A DNA stretch of 64,000 nucleotides from Minisyncoccota bacterium (GTDB lineage: Bacteria > Patescibacteriota > Minisyncoccia > Phycocordibacterales > GCA-2401445): the NCBI GenBank assembly GCA_040879725.1, contig JBBDJV010000020.1, forward strand, positions 9,086 to 73,085. The letters run 5' to 3'. This document shows positions 9,542 to 19,341 of the stretch, in pieces. How positions within the stretch are numbered: position 1 is the first letter of the stretch; every line of letters starts with the position of its first letter. The notes beneath the pieces were generated by a model. It searched no databases and had not been told where the DNA came from. It saw only the letters and a program-made list of their open reading frames with translations. The position numbers and the translations under genes are program-made.

Positions 9542-9572
9542 AGTCCCGCGAGAAATCGCGGGACTTTTCTTA
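9542..9572 (+). terminator. Plus-strand intrinsic terminator overlapping the MYG1 stop codon
   Basis: AGTCCCGCGA-GAAA-TCGCGGGACT 10-bp stem followed by TTTTCTT. This implies a plus-strand transcript across 9297-9540. Confidence 0.5.
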
Positions 9573-10484
9573 TGCATCTAACGCAAGTTGTGCGAGAGCA
9601 AGCGCTCCTTCTTTTGTTTTTGTCGCCGCGATAAATAGCTTATTATGACAGAAGAATGCATCAGAAACTCCGGTTACTTCTGCCATCTCAGTATCACGCA
9701 GTCCTCCCCATGCTTCCGGTAGATTTTTTCTATTTTCAAAACCAGTATCATTTTTACGAACTGTATATACATGCCAGCCGTTTAGAGGGTTTCTGTCAGG
9801 AAGCACAACAAAAAGAATGTCCTTGTATTTTTCTGCCACTCTTTTCCATGGTATGAATTGATCAAGTACGAGCAGTCGTTTGTCTGACGCACTGGTGTAT
9901 GCGTCTTCTGCAATTCTATTCCCCTCAGACCTATCTTTACCAACAGAAATTTCTCGCTCAATCAAGCTCTCCGCAAAAGAAAGAAGTTCAAGAAATACGT
10001 CGTCCTCACTGTCTTCAACCTCTTTCCATGTGGGAACCTTAGAAGCAACATAGCTAGATATGGTATAGGGCGCAACACCACTGTACACCGAAGTGAAAAT
10101 ATCATCTCCGTTATCATCCGCATCTGTTGGAGCAACAAGTTTTTCATCTATCCTATTTGCAACCTCTTCAGATCCACAGAGTATTGTCCCGTATTCTTTC
10201 CATAGTAAACCAAACGAGGCGTAAGAAATACCGTTTTCTCTTTTACCCGCTCCACCGACTTGATGGTGGTCAAACCGTTTTCGCTTTGGATCATATTCAC
10301 CCCCGACATCAAGAACATAATCACCCTTCTCAATAACGCTCACGTCTCTGGTTCTTACTATATGTATCGCATCACGAGGTATTCCTTCACGTTTAAACGC
10401 AAGTAGTAGCACAGCTGTCCCGAATATATCGTCAGCATGGAACCCCCCGTTATGTGTCACTACTGTTATTGGTTTGTGTGTCAT
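9570..10484 (-). CDS. MYG1/UPF0160-family metal-dependent hydrolase
   Basis: N-terminal THNGGFHADD motif and the overall length are typical of the MYG1 family. Confidence 0.75.
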   Translation of the reverse strand: MTHKPITVVTHNGGFHADDIFGTAVLLLAFKREGIPRDAIHIVRTRDVSVIEKGDYVLDVGGEYDPKRKRFDHHQVGGAGKRENGISYASFGLLWKEYGTILCGSEEVANRIDEKLVAPTDADDNGDDIFTSVYSGVAPYTISSYVASKVPTWKEVEDSEDDVFLELLSFAESLIEREISVGKDRSEGNRIAEDAYTSASDKRLLVLDQFIPWKRVAEKYKDILFVVLPDRNPLNGWHVYTVRKNDTGFENRKNLPEAWGGLRDTEMAEVTGVSDAFFCHNKLFIAATKTKEGALALAQLALDA

Positions 10485-11175
10485 TTTTTCTTAAATATTT
10501 ATAGCTATAGAGCGTTATTCCAAATAGTAGCACACCTGCTAAAAGTACCACAACAAGGCCGGTAATGTCCCCTGAATAAGCGCTTTTTCCGGCATACGTA
10601 TATATAAACGAGAACGGTATAATTCCGATAAGCGTCGCGAGCATAAACTTCTTAAACGATATTGTACTTACTATACCGAGCGCGTAGGATAAAACATCGA
10701 CCGGTAGCATCATTCGAAGAAAAACAATTGCCCAGAATTCACCTTTTTCAGGAATTATCTTTTGGTACCACACAAGCAACTTATCAGACAAAAAATAGCG
10801 CACTGCCGGTCTTCCGTACTTTCGCGCGATAATAAACGCAATACCAGACCCTATTTCCCAAGCAATAATACTTGCTATACTGGCAACCAACGGACCAAAG
10901 ATTGCTCCCGCAACAGGAATTAGTGGCGCGAGGGTAATCGGCGCAACAACCGTCGCAACCACCATAAGAAACATATAAATCAGCAAACCTCCCCGAGTAT
11001 CATTCTCAACTAATGTTTTTAAGTAATTAAACGGCTCATGCCAGAACAATGGAATAACCATTATCCCTATAAGCAAAATTGAAAATAAACCGTATTTTAG
11101 AGATAGGAAATTTTTCGGCTGAGTATCCACAACTTCTCTATGAGTGGAGCTCTGGCTGTCGTCTTCCCGATTCAT
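10450..11175 (-). CDS. DedA/TVP38-family membrane protein
   Basis: Multi-pass membrane protein whose pattern resembles the TVP38/TMEM64 (SNARE-associated) domain. Confidence 0.45.
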   Translation of the reverse strand: MNREDDSQSSTHREVVDTQPKNFLSLKYGLFSILLIGIMVIPLFWHEPFNYLKTLVENDTRGGLLIYMFLMVVATVVAPITLAPLIPVAGAIFGPLVASIASIIAWEIGSGIAFIIARKYGRPAVRYFLSDKLLVWYQKIIPEKGEFWAIVFLRMMLPVDVLSYALGIVSTISFKKFMLATLIGIIPFSFIYTYAGKSAYSGDITGLVVVLLAGVLLFGITLYSYKYLRKNDTQTNNSSDT

Positions 11176-11518
11176 TCACTTTATCCAAAAACTTGTAAAG
11201 TAAGCCAGTTAGAAGAGAGAGGAGAAGCGACGCGACAAATGCGGAAAGGAATCCACTTACTGCGAACCCATCTACAAATGATGCAACGAACCAGAAAAGC
11301 AAGCCGTTTAGTACAAGCGAGAAAAGACCAAGGGTTACTATCGTTATTGGTAGCGTCAGAATAAAAAGAATCGGCTTTACCAATATGTTAATAACACCAA
11401 AAATAACAGACACTATTAGCGCGATGTAAAATGAACTAACCTCAAGACCGGGAAGAAACTCCGCCAATAGAAAGAGCGCGAGCGCTGAAAGTAGTAAACG
11501 TGCGACTAAATAAAACAT
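11138..11518 (-). CDS. DUF360 / phage-holin-family-4-like small membrane protein
   Basis: 126 aa with four TM segments and a hydrophobic-repeat pattern typical of PF04020. Confidence 0.4.
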   Translation of the reverse strand: MFYLVARLLLSALALFLLAEFLPGLEVSSFYIALIVSVIFGVINILVKPILFILTLPITIVTLGLFSLVLNGLLFWFVASFVDGFAVSGFLSAFVASLLLSLLTGLLYKFLDKVNESGRRQPELHS

Positions 11519-11556
11519 ATTTAGTTAGTATACCTAAAAATGATAAAAATACTACA

Positions 11557-13548
11557 CTACTCTTCCCTCACCGGATAACAAACACTACAAAAGCCCAGTT
11601 CCTCCATTTTTTCCAAATAGGCAATAATAGTAAGCACGTACTCAGCATGACTCCACGTAAGTGGAGCTACTGACATCGGATCACCGGTGTGTGGATTTAG
11701 CTGTTCAGAGAGCATTCCCGCAGATGTAGCACAAGACTTTGTCCATCCGAGCTTTTCTACTATTCTCTCCATATCCTCCTTATTTTTGGCACGAGCTATT
11801 TCATAGCGAACCATCCAAAGTGTGGTTACAAACCAAGGATTGCCCGGCGTGTCATCGCTTACTTTAAAATATTTATCACCTTCATATCGCACAATGCCTC
11901 CGATGCGAGTCTTGCATTGTAGTTTGTCATACACAATTGATGCTCCTTCTCTCATCTTCGGTTCATCAATATCGAGCACCCCAAAACGATACAAGCCGTA
12001 GAAACTACTTACATCGATAGTTGTGTCACGCTCTAACTCTCCGTTATCATTTACTCGAACTAGCTTATCAAAAAACTTTGTCTCAGGGTTATACAAATGC
12101 GTGAGTATTGCTTCTTTTAGTTCCCCTGCTCTATTTTCATACCGTAGTGCATCATCTTCTTTACCAAGCAGTCGTGCAAACTGCGCCGCTGAATTAAGGG
12201 CCCCGTATACCACACACGCAGTATATGTTGAGATACCATGCTTCTCTTCCCATAAATCATAGCTCGGTAACGGAAGACGCGTTTTCTCTTCTACGTACGT
12301 GCAGAAAAATTCTGTCGCATGTTTAATGAATGAATTATAGATTTCTTCTATAAACTCAAGGTCTTTACTCACGCGATAGTGGTCCCAGAGTGTTACAACC
12401 ACAAGCGCGGTTTCATCTTCCTGAATTGCCAACTGCTTTTTTCCATTTTTCCACCACGGATGCCAAGAGCTTCCCACAGAATGGTCTGGGCGATACTTAT
12501 GGAGTAAATATCCTTCAGGAGTAATTACCTTATTACAAAATTCATAAAACTTCTTAGCGGTGTAATTGTATCCCGCTTTATCAAGTGCGAGCGACACATA
12601 CGCTCCATCTCTTGGCCATGAGTACGCATACGCATCATGTCCATACTGCATAATGTCAGAATCTCCGGACGCAAGAATAGATCCTCTGTTATCTACGTGA
12701 GTACGGATAATAAACAAAGATTTTTTAAACAAATCAATCAAATCCGGGGTCAAACCTTCAAACGTGAAATTCCTTTTATGCGCCCACGCATACCAAAAAT
12801 CTATAGTTGTTTCTATGAGGTGTTGTGGTTTTTTATTAAGCACATACTCATTGAGTTCTATTGCTTCGTGAATAAGTTCTGTCGCGGTAAACCAATACAT
12901 TACCTCATCGGAAGCAAACCCTTCAATCTCGAGAGTAAAACCAACCGTTGAATCAACCGAACCATGCTCAATCGGGTTTTTGGTTAGTTCTCCATCTTCA
13001 GCATCTTTCCATGTTCCCTCTTTTCCGGAAACTCCGAGTAAACCAACGGTAAAATCATCGAACCCTTTTTCACCATGTCTTCCATTTACCAAAAACACTC
13101 TCCTTCCTTTGTAGTGAATAATCGCATGCGCGTCCGGGTCGTAATATGCGGTAGAGGCGTGGTTTACTTCAGAAATATTGAACTGCTGGTTAAAGAATAT
13201 TTTAACTGTTCTCTTTCTATCAAAGTTATTTTCAACACGGATATGACGAAGAAAAACATTTTTCTCATTATAAATAACATCTTCAAAGTAAAGCGTAATA
13301 CCTTCACGGGTGTTCTTTGCAACCATAGCTGATGCCATTGTGTCATGTTGATAATCAATGAAAATACTCCACGACTGGTCTGAGATCCACGACATGTGAC
13401 CATCAACAAAAATACCGAGCTTATGTACGTACTCTGCTCCGGTATGGTTTTCCAATCCAACGTAAGGGTAGTAGAAATCCTTTACTCTGCCGAACACATC
13501 AAGGCAGATGAGCATATTACCGTTTCCAAGTGCAAGTGACCGAGGCAT
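11557..13548 (-). CDS. GH15-family glycoside hydrolase (glucoamylase/glucodextranase/trehalase-like)
   Basis: YSWPRDGAY, DLWEEKHGISTYT (the GH15 catalytic WEE signature) and a C-terminal PLTWSHAEY; 663 aa. Confidence 0.75.
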   Translation of the reverse strand: MPRSLALGNGNMLICLDVFGRVKDFYYPYVGLENHTGAEYVHKLGIFVDGHMSWISDQSWSIFIDYQHDTMASAMVAKNTREGITLYFEDVIYNEKNVFLRHIRVENNFDRKRTVKIFFNQQFNISEVNHASTAYYDPDAHAIIHYKGRRVFLVNGRHGEKGFDDFTVGLLGVSGKEGTWKDAEDGELTKNPIEHGSVDSTVGFTLEIEGFASDEVMYWFTATELIHEAIELNEYVLNKKPQHLIETTIDFWYAWAHKRNFTFEGLTPDLIDLFKKSLFIIRTHVDNRGSILASGDSDIMQYGHDAYAYSWPRDGAYVSLALDKAGYNYTAKKFYEFCNKVITPEGYLLHKYRPDHSVGSSWHPWWKNGKKQLAIQEDETALVVVTLWDHYRVSKDLEFIEEIYNSFIKHATEFFCTYVEEKTRLPLPSYDLWEEKHGISTYTACVVYGALNSAAQFARLLGKEDDALRYENRAGELKEAILTHLYNPETKFFDKLVRVNDNGELERDTTIDVSSFYGLYRFGVLDIDEPKMREGASIVYDKLQCKTRIGGIVRYEGDKYFKVSDDTPGNPWFVTTLWMVRYEIARAKNKEDMERIVEKLGWTKSCATSAGMLSEQLNPHTGDPMSVAPLTWSHAEYVLTIIAYLEKMEELGFCSVCYPVREE

Positions 13549-14105
13549 TATTCTTCAATATGTTTACGCACAGCTTCAATCGCTTTTCCTCTATCGGTGA
13601 TATCGCAGAGACCATTTGCACACTCAGTATCCTCAAGGACTTCGTTTATCCATCTGACAAAGTCATTTCTCTTTCCCTCAACATGGTGATTAAACTGCTC
13701 ATCGCTGATTGCTTCAAGAGCATTTCTAAACTCCATAAGGTTTTTTACTGCTGGTCCGTTATTAAAATGAAACTTAGCTTCTTCTGGAGCTTCCTTGAGT
13801 GTTTTCTTTTTGCTTTTTGTGTGCTTTGAGTCCTTAGCAGGAGCATCGTCAGACTCTTCTCGTATTTTTAGTTTTACCGCCTCACTTTTTCCTTCCGTAT
13901 CTTTTGCATGGGTGTCTTTTGTTTCCGATTCGGTGTGTACGGCAACTTTTTTTGCGCGTGCACCAGCCTTTTCCACCACAGTTACGTGATGCATCATATC
14001 TTTTGTATGTGTTTCGGTTTCAGTGGATTCACTATTTTGCGCCTGTGTATTTCCTCCAACAATGCGCCCCGAAACTTTTATCGGTACAATTTTATATTTA
14101 CCCAT
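13548..14105 (-). CDS. Hypothetical protein with a charged Lys/Glu/Thr-rich N-terminus and a conserved-looking C-terminal domain
   Basis: No recognised motifs. Sits between the GH15 and GH57 genes with a 1-nt stop/start overlap. Confidence 0.4.
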   Translation of the reverse strand: MGKYKIVPIKVSGRIVGGNTQAQNSESTETETHTKDMMHHVTVVEKAGARAKKVAVHTESETKDTHAKDTEGKSEAVKLKIREESDDAPAKDSKHTKSKKKTLKEAPEEAKFHFNNGPAVKNLMEFRNALEAISDEQFNHHVEGKRNDFVRWINEVLEDTECANGLCDITDRGKAIEAVRKHIEE

Positions 14106-14123
14106 AGTATTTAGTATGTAAAA

Positions 14124-15404
14124 TTACGCTTCCGTAAACTGATTATATACTGCTTTGTAGTTTTCTCGAAGGCGACTTTTCCACTCTCGCACATCAAGTT
14201 GCTTTTCTTTTTTATCTCCAACTCTCAAACGCAAGTCTTTAAGTGCGTTCATGTACGCGATAAACGCTTCGTAGGGAGAATCATATGGACTAAAGTACGC
14301 ATGCACATCTCCATCAGCAAACCACTTTGTGCACATGTAATAAAAATGATCTGACGTGGTTAGTTTTCTCCATGTATCAAGTAGTGACATGTCTCCTGTG
14401 CTGTATACATCATCTCGCATTTCGTAAATTGCCTGAAGCGCGTCATGCTGAATTGAGTTTGATCTCCATGCGGAAAGGTCACGGTCTACGTCTGCCCACG
14501 AAACATAGTACGGAATATCAAGCTCGCCGACAGACTGATATCTCTCGATTGCCTCTGTTGGAGTAACGAAATTATTATCCGGATGTTTGTAAACTTCATT
14601 TGGAAGCGCGCGCAAGAAATTGAATATACCCGTATCCTCCCACTGATGTTCTCCGAATGTTTCGTAGTCCATGAAAAGATTTATCACATCACCCGATCCA
14701 TTGTGTCCCGCTACCCAATTTCCAAATTTTTCAGCAGTAAGAGGATACTCATCCCATTCCTTTGAACCGAATCGAAACGCAATATCATCAGACAGCTTAT
14801 AATTCTTAAGCATCAGTCCAAGTGACGTTGTTCCTTGTGGCCGATAGATAAAATTAGGACTTCTCCACCCAAGCACATGGTCCGCGCCTTCAGCGATAAT
14901 CCCTTTGTAACCCATTTTTTCAACTTCGTGCGCTATGTCATTGCGATATATTAGCTCGGTGTTTCTAAACACGGTTGGTGTAACTCCAAATACTTCACGC
15001 ACTTTATCACGGTGCATACGTACCTGTTCTCTAAACTCATCAAGAGAATATAAAAATGAAAGTGAATGGTAATACGTTTCTTGCAATATCTCAACCCGCC
15101 CTGTCGCAACAAGTTTTTTGAAAGATTCGAGAACCTCCGGATGATACTCTTCAAACTGCTCAAGTGCGGTACCTGAAATAGAGTAACTTATTTTAAACTC
15201 AGGATGCTCATTAAGAAGCTCAAGTAAAAGCTTATTTGTTGGCAGATAACATTTATCCGCAACCTTATGCATTATTTTTCTATTGTTTACTTTACTGTCT
15301 CCGTCATCATTAAAGTAATGAGGGTCACTACCAATATCAAATATACGATACCGCTTTACCCGGTATGGCTGGTGCACTTGAAAGTAGAAGCAGACTGATG
15401 TCAT
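14124..15404 (-). CDS. GH57-family alpha-amylase / 4-alpha-glucanotransferase-like
   Basis: N-terminal FQVHQPYR (the GH57 HQP motif), EGADHVLGWR, and a length appropriate for GH57. Confidence 0.7.
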   Translation of the reverse strand: MTSVCFYFQVHQPYRVKRYRIFDIGSDPHYFNDDGDSKVNNRKIMHKVADKCYLPTNKLLLELLNEHPEFKISYSISGTALEQFEEYHPEVLESFKKLVATGRVEILQETYYHSLSFLYSLDEFREQVRMHRDKVREVFGVTPTVFRNTELIYRNDIAHEVEKMGYKGIIAEGADHVLGWRSPNFIYRPQGTTSLGLMLKNYKLSDDIAFRFGSKEWDEYPLTAEKFGNWVAGHNGSGDVINLFMDYETFGEHQWEDTGIFNFLRALPNEVYKHPDNNFVTPTEAIERYQSVGELDIPYYVSWADVDRDLSAWRSNSIQHDALQAIYEMRDDVYSTGDMSLLDTWRKLTTSDHFYYMCTKWFADGDVHAYFSPYDSPYEAFIAYMNALKDLRLRVGDKKEKQLDVREWKSRLRENYKAVYNQFTEA

Positions 15405-16645
15405 ATTATTTGAATATTAGGGTGAGTAAGATTAGTATACACGTCTACACACTTTTTTGCCGCTCGCGACCACGAATACATGGCAACTTGCTTATTCCCA
15501 TGCTCCGCAAGTACTTCATGCAGTGACGGATGGTCAAGCAACGTAACGATTTTGTTTGTCATTTCATCAACATCCCAGAAATCAGCCTTAAGCGCGTGAG
15601 TAAGAATTTCTGAAACTCCGGATTGCTTTGATATAAGTACCGGTGTGCCATGAATAAGTGACTCGAGAGGCGTAATACCAAACGGTTCGGATACTGAAGG
15701 CATGACAAAGAGATCAGCGGATTTGTAGAGTGACTGAATTTCATTCGTATCTTTTACCCAACCGGTAAAAATAACTTTTTGTGAAATACCTCTGCGCGCC
15801 ACCTCTTGCATTATTTGTCCTTCCATATCTCCGGCTCCTGAAATAACAAAATAAGTATTCGGCCTAAACGCAAGTACACGCTCTGCAGTTTTTACAAAAT
15901 AATCAATTCCTTTTTGAAGTGTTATTCTCCCAAGTGAAAGTACAATTTTATTACCTTCCGCTTTTAGACGTGTCAGTGTTTCGTTTACCGTAACGCCGTG
16001 GTAGTCCTCCATATCAATTCCGTTATGAACCACTCGCACCTTTTCGGGTTGCGCTCCGTACTCTCGTTCAATAACTTGTTTCGTATATCCCGATACTGCG
16101 AGAACTACGTCGGCATTTTCAATACCTTTTTTCTCTATAGCGTACACTTTCTCATTTGCTCCATTACCACCTGATCTGTCGTACTCTGTTGCGTGTACGT
16201 GCAACACCAGTGGTTTATTTTTGAGTTTTGCCGCCACCATCCCAGCAGGAAATGAAAGCCAGTCATGCGCGTGTACGACATCGTACTCTTCTTTTTCTGC
16301 GAGTCTTTGAGCTCGGAGTGCGTACCTTTGAACTTCATCGAAAAGAGTCGCTCCGTAGAAATCTTTTTGCTCGCCACTTTCCTGAAGCATTTGCTGGTAC
16401 GATGCTGGGTTTGAATATCCGGAAAGCGCGGAATCGATTGTTCGTATTTTCAAATTTGGGAAATGGTCATCCGCAAAACGAAACTGCCAGTTACCCTGAG
16501 TACTCTCCATCCGTTTCGGCAATACAAAAGTTACTTCAGTCCCAGTTTGAGATAGAGCCCTAACAAGCCCGTGGCAAGCTACGCCAAGTCCACCATTTTT
16601 GTGTGGGGGAAACTCCCATCCAAACATGAGTACTTTCATGACCAA
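15401..16645 (-). CDS. Glycogen/alpha-glucan synthase-like GT-B glycosyltransferase (GT4/GT5, archaeal-type)
   Basis: N-terminal LMFGWEFPPHKNGGLG (the E-x-P...GGL motif of archaeal-type glycogen synthases) and a C-terminal GT-B motif PSVSEPFGITPLESL. Confidence 0.65.
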   Translation of the reverse strand: MVMKVLMFGWEFPPHKNGGLGVACHGLVRALSQTGTEVTFVLPKRMESTQGNWQFRFADDHFPNLKIRTIDSALSGYSNPASYQQMLQESGEQKDFYGATLFDEVQRYALRAQRLAEKEEYDVVHAHDWLSFPAGMVAAKLKNKPLVLHVHATEYDRSGGNGANEKVYAIEKKGIENADVVLAVSGYTKQVIEREYGAQPEKVRVVHNGIDMEDYHGVTVNETLTRLKAEGNKIVLSLGRITLQKGIDYFVKTAERVLAFRPNTYFVISGAGDMEGQIMQEVARRGISQKVIFTGWVKDTNEIQSLYKSADLFVMPSVSEPFGITPLESLIHGTPVLISKQSGVSEILTHALKADFWDVDEMTNKIVTLLDHPSLHEVLAEHGNKQVAMYSWSRAAKKCVDVYTNLTHPNIQII

Positions 16646-16688
16646 AAAAGTTTATTCACCACATAATTCACCTATATATTGTACAACG

Positions 16689-16725
16689 AAAAAACACACT
16701 GACCTGTGGAGAGTGTGTTTTTTCA
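16689..16725 (-). terminator. Bidirectional hairpin terminator downstream of secA
   Basis: AAAA-ACACACT-loop-AGTGTGT-TTTTTT. Confidence 0.6.
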
Positions 16726-16742
16726 AAGCTTCAAATAGAGAG

Positions 16743-19271
16743 CTACTTGGAGACAATAACCCACCCCTCGTTCTTGATGAGGTTTTCGGCTTTTTTATAC
16801 TTCATTGTTTCTTGTTTTCCGTCTTTTTCAATGGTCACAACATCATTTCGGCCATATTTTGAGTCACCTTTTTCAACCACACCACTGCGGGTTATCATCT
16901 TTGCATTTTTCACCACGCTATTGGCTACTTTTAACTCAAGTGAGTTTGGACCAGCTCCTCCGGGTGAAAAATGTTCAAGTACGCGCTCAATCTGCCCATC
17001 TACTGAGTCATTGAATTCTTTGAACAAGCGCAATCCTTCCTTTTTATACTCAACAAGAGGGTCTCTCTGTCCGTACGCACGCAAGTTTACACTACTTCGC
17101 ATATAATCCATTACCTCGAGGTGCTCAATCCAATACATGTCGATTGTCTGTAGGTAAAGCTGTCTAAATGCTGTCCAGAAACGTTCTGGCTCAATTTCTG
17201 CTTTTATTTTTTCAATGTGACTGCGTGCAATTTCATTTTGCTGAAGTCGCTCTTCGAGTAATTCTTCGAGCTTTTCCTGATCAGCTAACAATATAGTTCT
17301 TCGTTTCTCATACACACTTCTTCTTTGCTGATTCAATACGTCGTCGTACTGAAGTACGTGCTTTCTGCTATCAAAGTAATGTCCTTCGATTTTCGTTTGA
17401 GCACTTTCAAGCGTTCGAGTAATCATCTTGTTTTCAATCGGCTGATCCTCTGGAATACCGAAACTTCCCATTACGCGTTTGAGTGTATCAGACGCAAAAA
17501 CTCGCATTAGATGGTCCTCAAGTGATACAAAGAACTGCGTTTCGCCCGGGTCTCCCTGTCGTCCTGAGCGACCTCGAAGCTGGTTGTCTATTCTGCGCGC
17601 TTCGTGTCTCTCGGTTGCAATTACGAACAATCCTCCCAAACTTTTCACTTCCTCGTATTCTTCCTCCGACCCTGGGTTACCTCCCAGCTTAACGTCCACT
17701 CCTCGCCCTGCCATATTGGTAGCAATGGTAACTTTGCCTTTTGTTCCCGCCTGCGCGATGATCTCTCCTTCTCTTTCATGGTTTTTTGCGTTCAATACTT
17801 CATGCGGTACGCCTTCTTTAGTGAGGTACGCGGAAAGTAGTTCGTTCTTCTCGATTGAAACCGTTCCTATCAAAACAGGTTGTCCTTTTGAGTGGAGCTC
17901 TTTAACTTTTTTTGCTATAGCACTAAACTTCCCTTTTTCAGTTTGAAAAATGAGATCATTCCTATCAATACGAGCAACCGGCTTGTTTGTTGGAACAATA
18001 ATGGTAAGCAGGCCGTACACTTTAAGAAACTCTTCCGATGAAGTAACAGCAGTACCTGTCATACCCGCAAGCTTGTCGTACATACGGAAATAGTTTTGAT
18101 ACGTAATCGAAGCAAATGTTCGCGTCTCTTTTTGAATGGGAACATTTTCTTTTGCTTCTATTGCTTGGTGCAGACCCTCAGACCATCTTCGCCCTGGTTG
18201 CAAACGTCCGGTAAATGGATCAACAATTACCACTTCTCCATTACGCACTACATACTCGATATCCTTTTTGAAAAGTGCTTTCGCGCGAACTGCTGTCTCA
18301 AGATGATGAACATACTTTATTCCTTTATCAGTATAAATATTTTCAACTCCAAGACTCTTTTCTGCTTTCTCAATACCGGAATCAGTAAGAGTAATAGCCT
18401 TTAGCTTTTCATCCACTTCAAAATCTTCTCCCGTTTTAAGCGTACCGGCAATACGAGCGAATTGAGTGTAGAAATCTTCAGATTCTCCTGCTGGTGCTGA
18501 AATAATAAGCGGAGTTCTCGCTTCATCGATAAGAATGGAGTCTATTTCATCGACAATCGCAAGGTTGTGTCCTCTTTGGCGTATTTTATTTTTATCGTAT
18601 TCAATATTGTCACGCAGATAGTCAAAGCCAAACTGACTATTTGTTCCATATGTTATATCGGCAAGGTACGCTTCTTTTCGCGTACACGGACGAAGGTATT
18701 CATAGCGAACTTTAAACGATCCAAGTGTATCTCGAAGTTCATCTATCTCTTCTCCTTCAGGTATGGTGTGTTCCGGATCATAAATATATGATTCATCACC
18801 ACTGATTATTCCGACGCTTAATCCAAGGAAACTGTACACCTGGCCCATCCACACAGCGTCACGTCGAGCAAGGTAATCATTTACCGTTACCACATGCACA
18901 CCTTTTTCTGTTAGTGCGTTTAAGTATGCAGGAAGTGTTGCAACAAGAGTCTTACCTTCACCGGTTCGCATTTCTGCAATTCCTCTTTCATGCAAAATCA
19001 TTCCTCCAATAAGCTGAACATCGAAATGTCTCTGCTCAAGTGTTCGTTTGGAAGCTTCCCGGACAAGCGCAAACGCTTCCGCGAGAAGATCATCGAGTGT
19101 GCTTCCATCTTTAATCTTCTCCTTTAACTTCTCTGTTTCTTTTACAAAGTCCGCATCGGAAAGTGCACTAAAACGGCTTTCCAGAGCGTTAATTTGTTCC
19201 ACCTTTGGTTGAAGGCGTTTGAGAGCTTGTGAAGTTTCGTCACCAAATATTTTTGCGAATAAACCTGCCAT
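16743..19271 (-). CDS. secA: Preprotein translocase subunit SecA
   Basis: MAGLFAKIFGD...GEGKTLVATL...DEIDSILIDEARTPLIIS. The ATG at 19271 gives an 842-aa protein. The track's longer TTG-initiated ORF to 19460 runs through a terminator and another gene's repeats. Confidence 0.9.
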   Translation of the reverse strand: MAGLFAKIFGDETSQALKRLQPKVEQINALESRFSALSDADFVKETEKLKEKIKDGSTLDDLLAEAFALVREASKRTLEQRHFDVQLIGGMILHERGIAEMRTGEGKTLVATLPAYLNALTEKGVHVVTVNDYLARRDAVWMGQVYSFLGLSVGIISGDESYIYDPEHTIPEGEEIDELRDTLGSFKVRYEYLRPCTRKEAYLADITYGTNSQFGFDYLRDNIEYDKNKIRQRGHNLAIVDEIDSILIDEARTPLIISAPAGESEDFYTQFARIAGTLKTGEDFEVDEKLKAITLTDSGIEKAEKSLGVENIYTDKGIKYVHHLETAVRAKALFKKDIEYVVRNGEVVIVDPFTGRLQPGRRWSEGLHQAIEAKENVPIQKETRTFASITYQNYFRMYDKLAGMTGTAVTSSEEFLKVYGLLTIIVPTNKPVARIDRNDLIFQTEKGKFSAIAKKVKELHSKGQPVLIGTVSIEKNELLSAYLTKEGVPHEVLNAKNHEREGEIIAQAGTKGKVTIATNMAGRGVDVKLGGNPGSEEEYEEVKSLGGLFVIATERHEARRIDNQLRGRSGRQGDPGETQFFVSLEDHLMRVFASDTLKRVMGSFGIPEDQPIENKMITRTLESAQTKIEGHYFDSRKHVLQYDDVLNQQRRSVYEKRRTILLADQEKLEELLEERLQQNEIARSHIEKIKAEIEPERFWTAFRQLYLQTIDMYWIEHLEVMDYMRSSVNLRAYGQRDPLVEYKKEGLRLFKEFNDSVDGQIERVLEHFSPGGAGPNSLELKVANSVVKNAKMITRSGVVEKGDSKYGRNDVVTIEKDGKQETMKYKKAENLIKNEGWVIVSK

Positions 19272-19296
19272 AGAGCTGATATAGTAGCATAAATAT

Positions 19297-19334
19297 AAAA
19301 AACCTCCCAGACGTGAATCTGGGAGGTTTTTTTT
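19297..19334 (-). terminator. Hairpin terminator between the Lys-rich gene and secA
   Basis: AAAAAA-CCTCCCAG-ACGTGAAT-CTGGGAGG-TTTTTTTT: an 8-bp stem with A/T runs on both sides. Confidence 0.65.
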
Positions 19335-19341
19335 GAAAGAC

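Noticed and set aside
9281-9648. Small plus-strand ORFs 9281-9505, 9339-9530 and 9391-9648 in the long spacer
   Set aside because: They are mutually overlapping, have no SD, and give low-complexity or Cys/Trp-rich translations. The segment is better treated as a possible ncRNA unit (see findings).
17479-17946. Plus-strand 155-aa ORF inside secA
   Set aside because: Antisense shadow ORF; secA is unambiguous.
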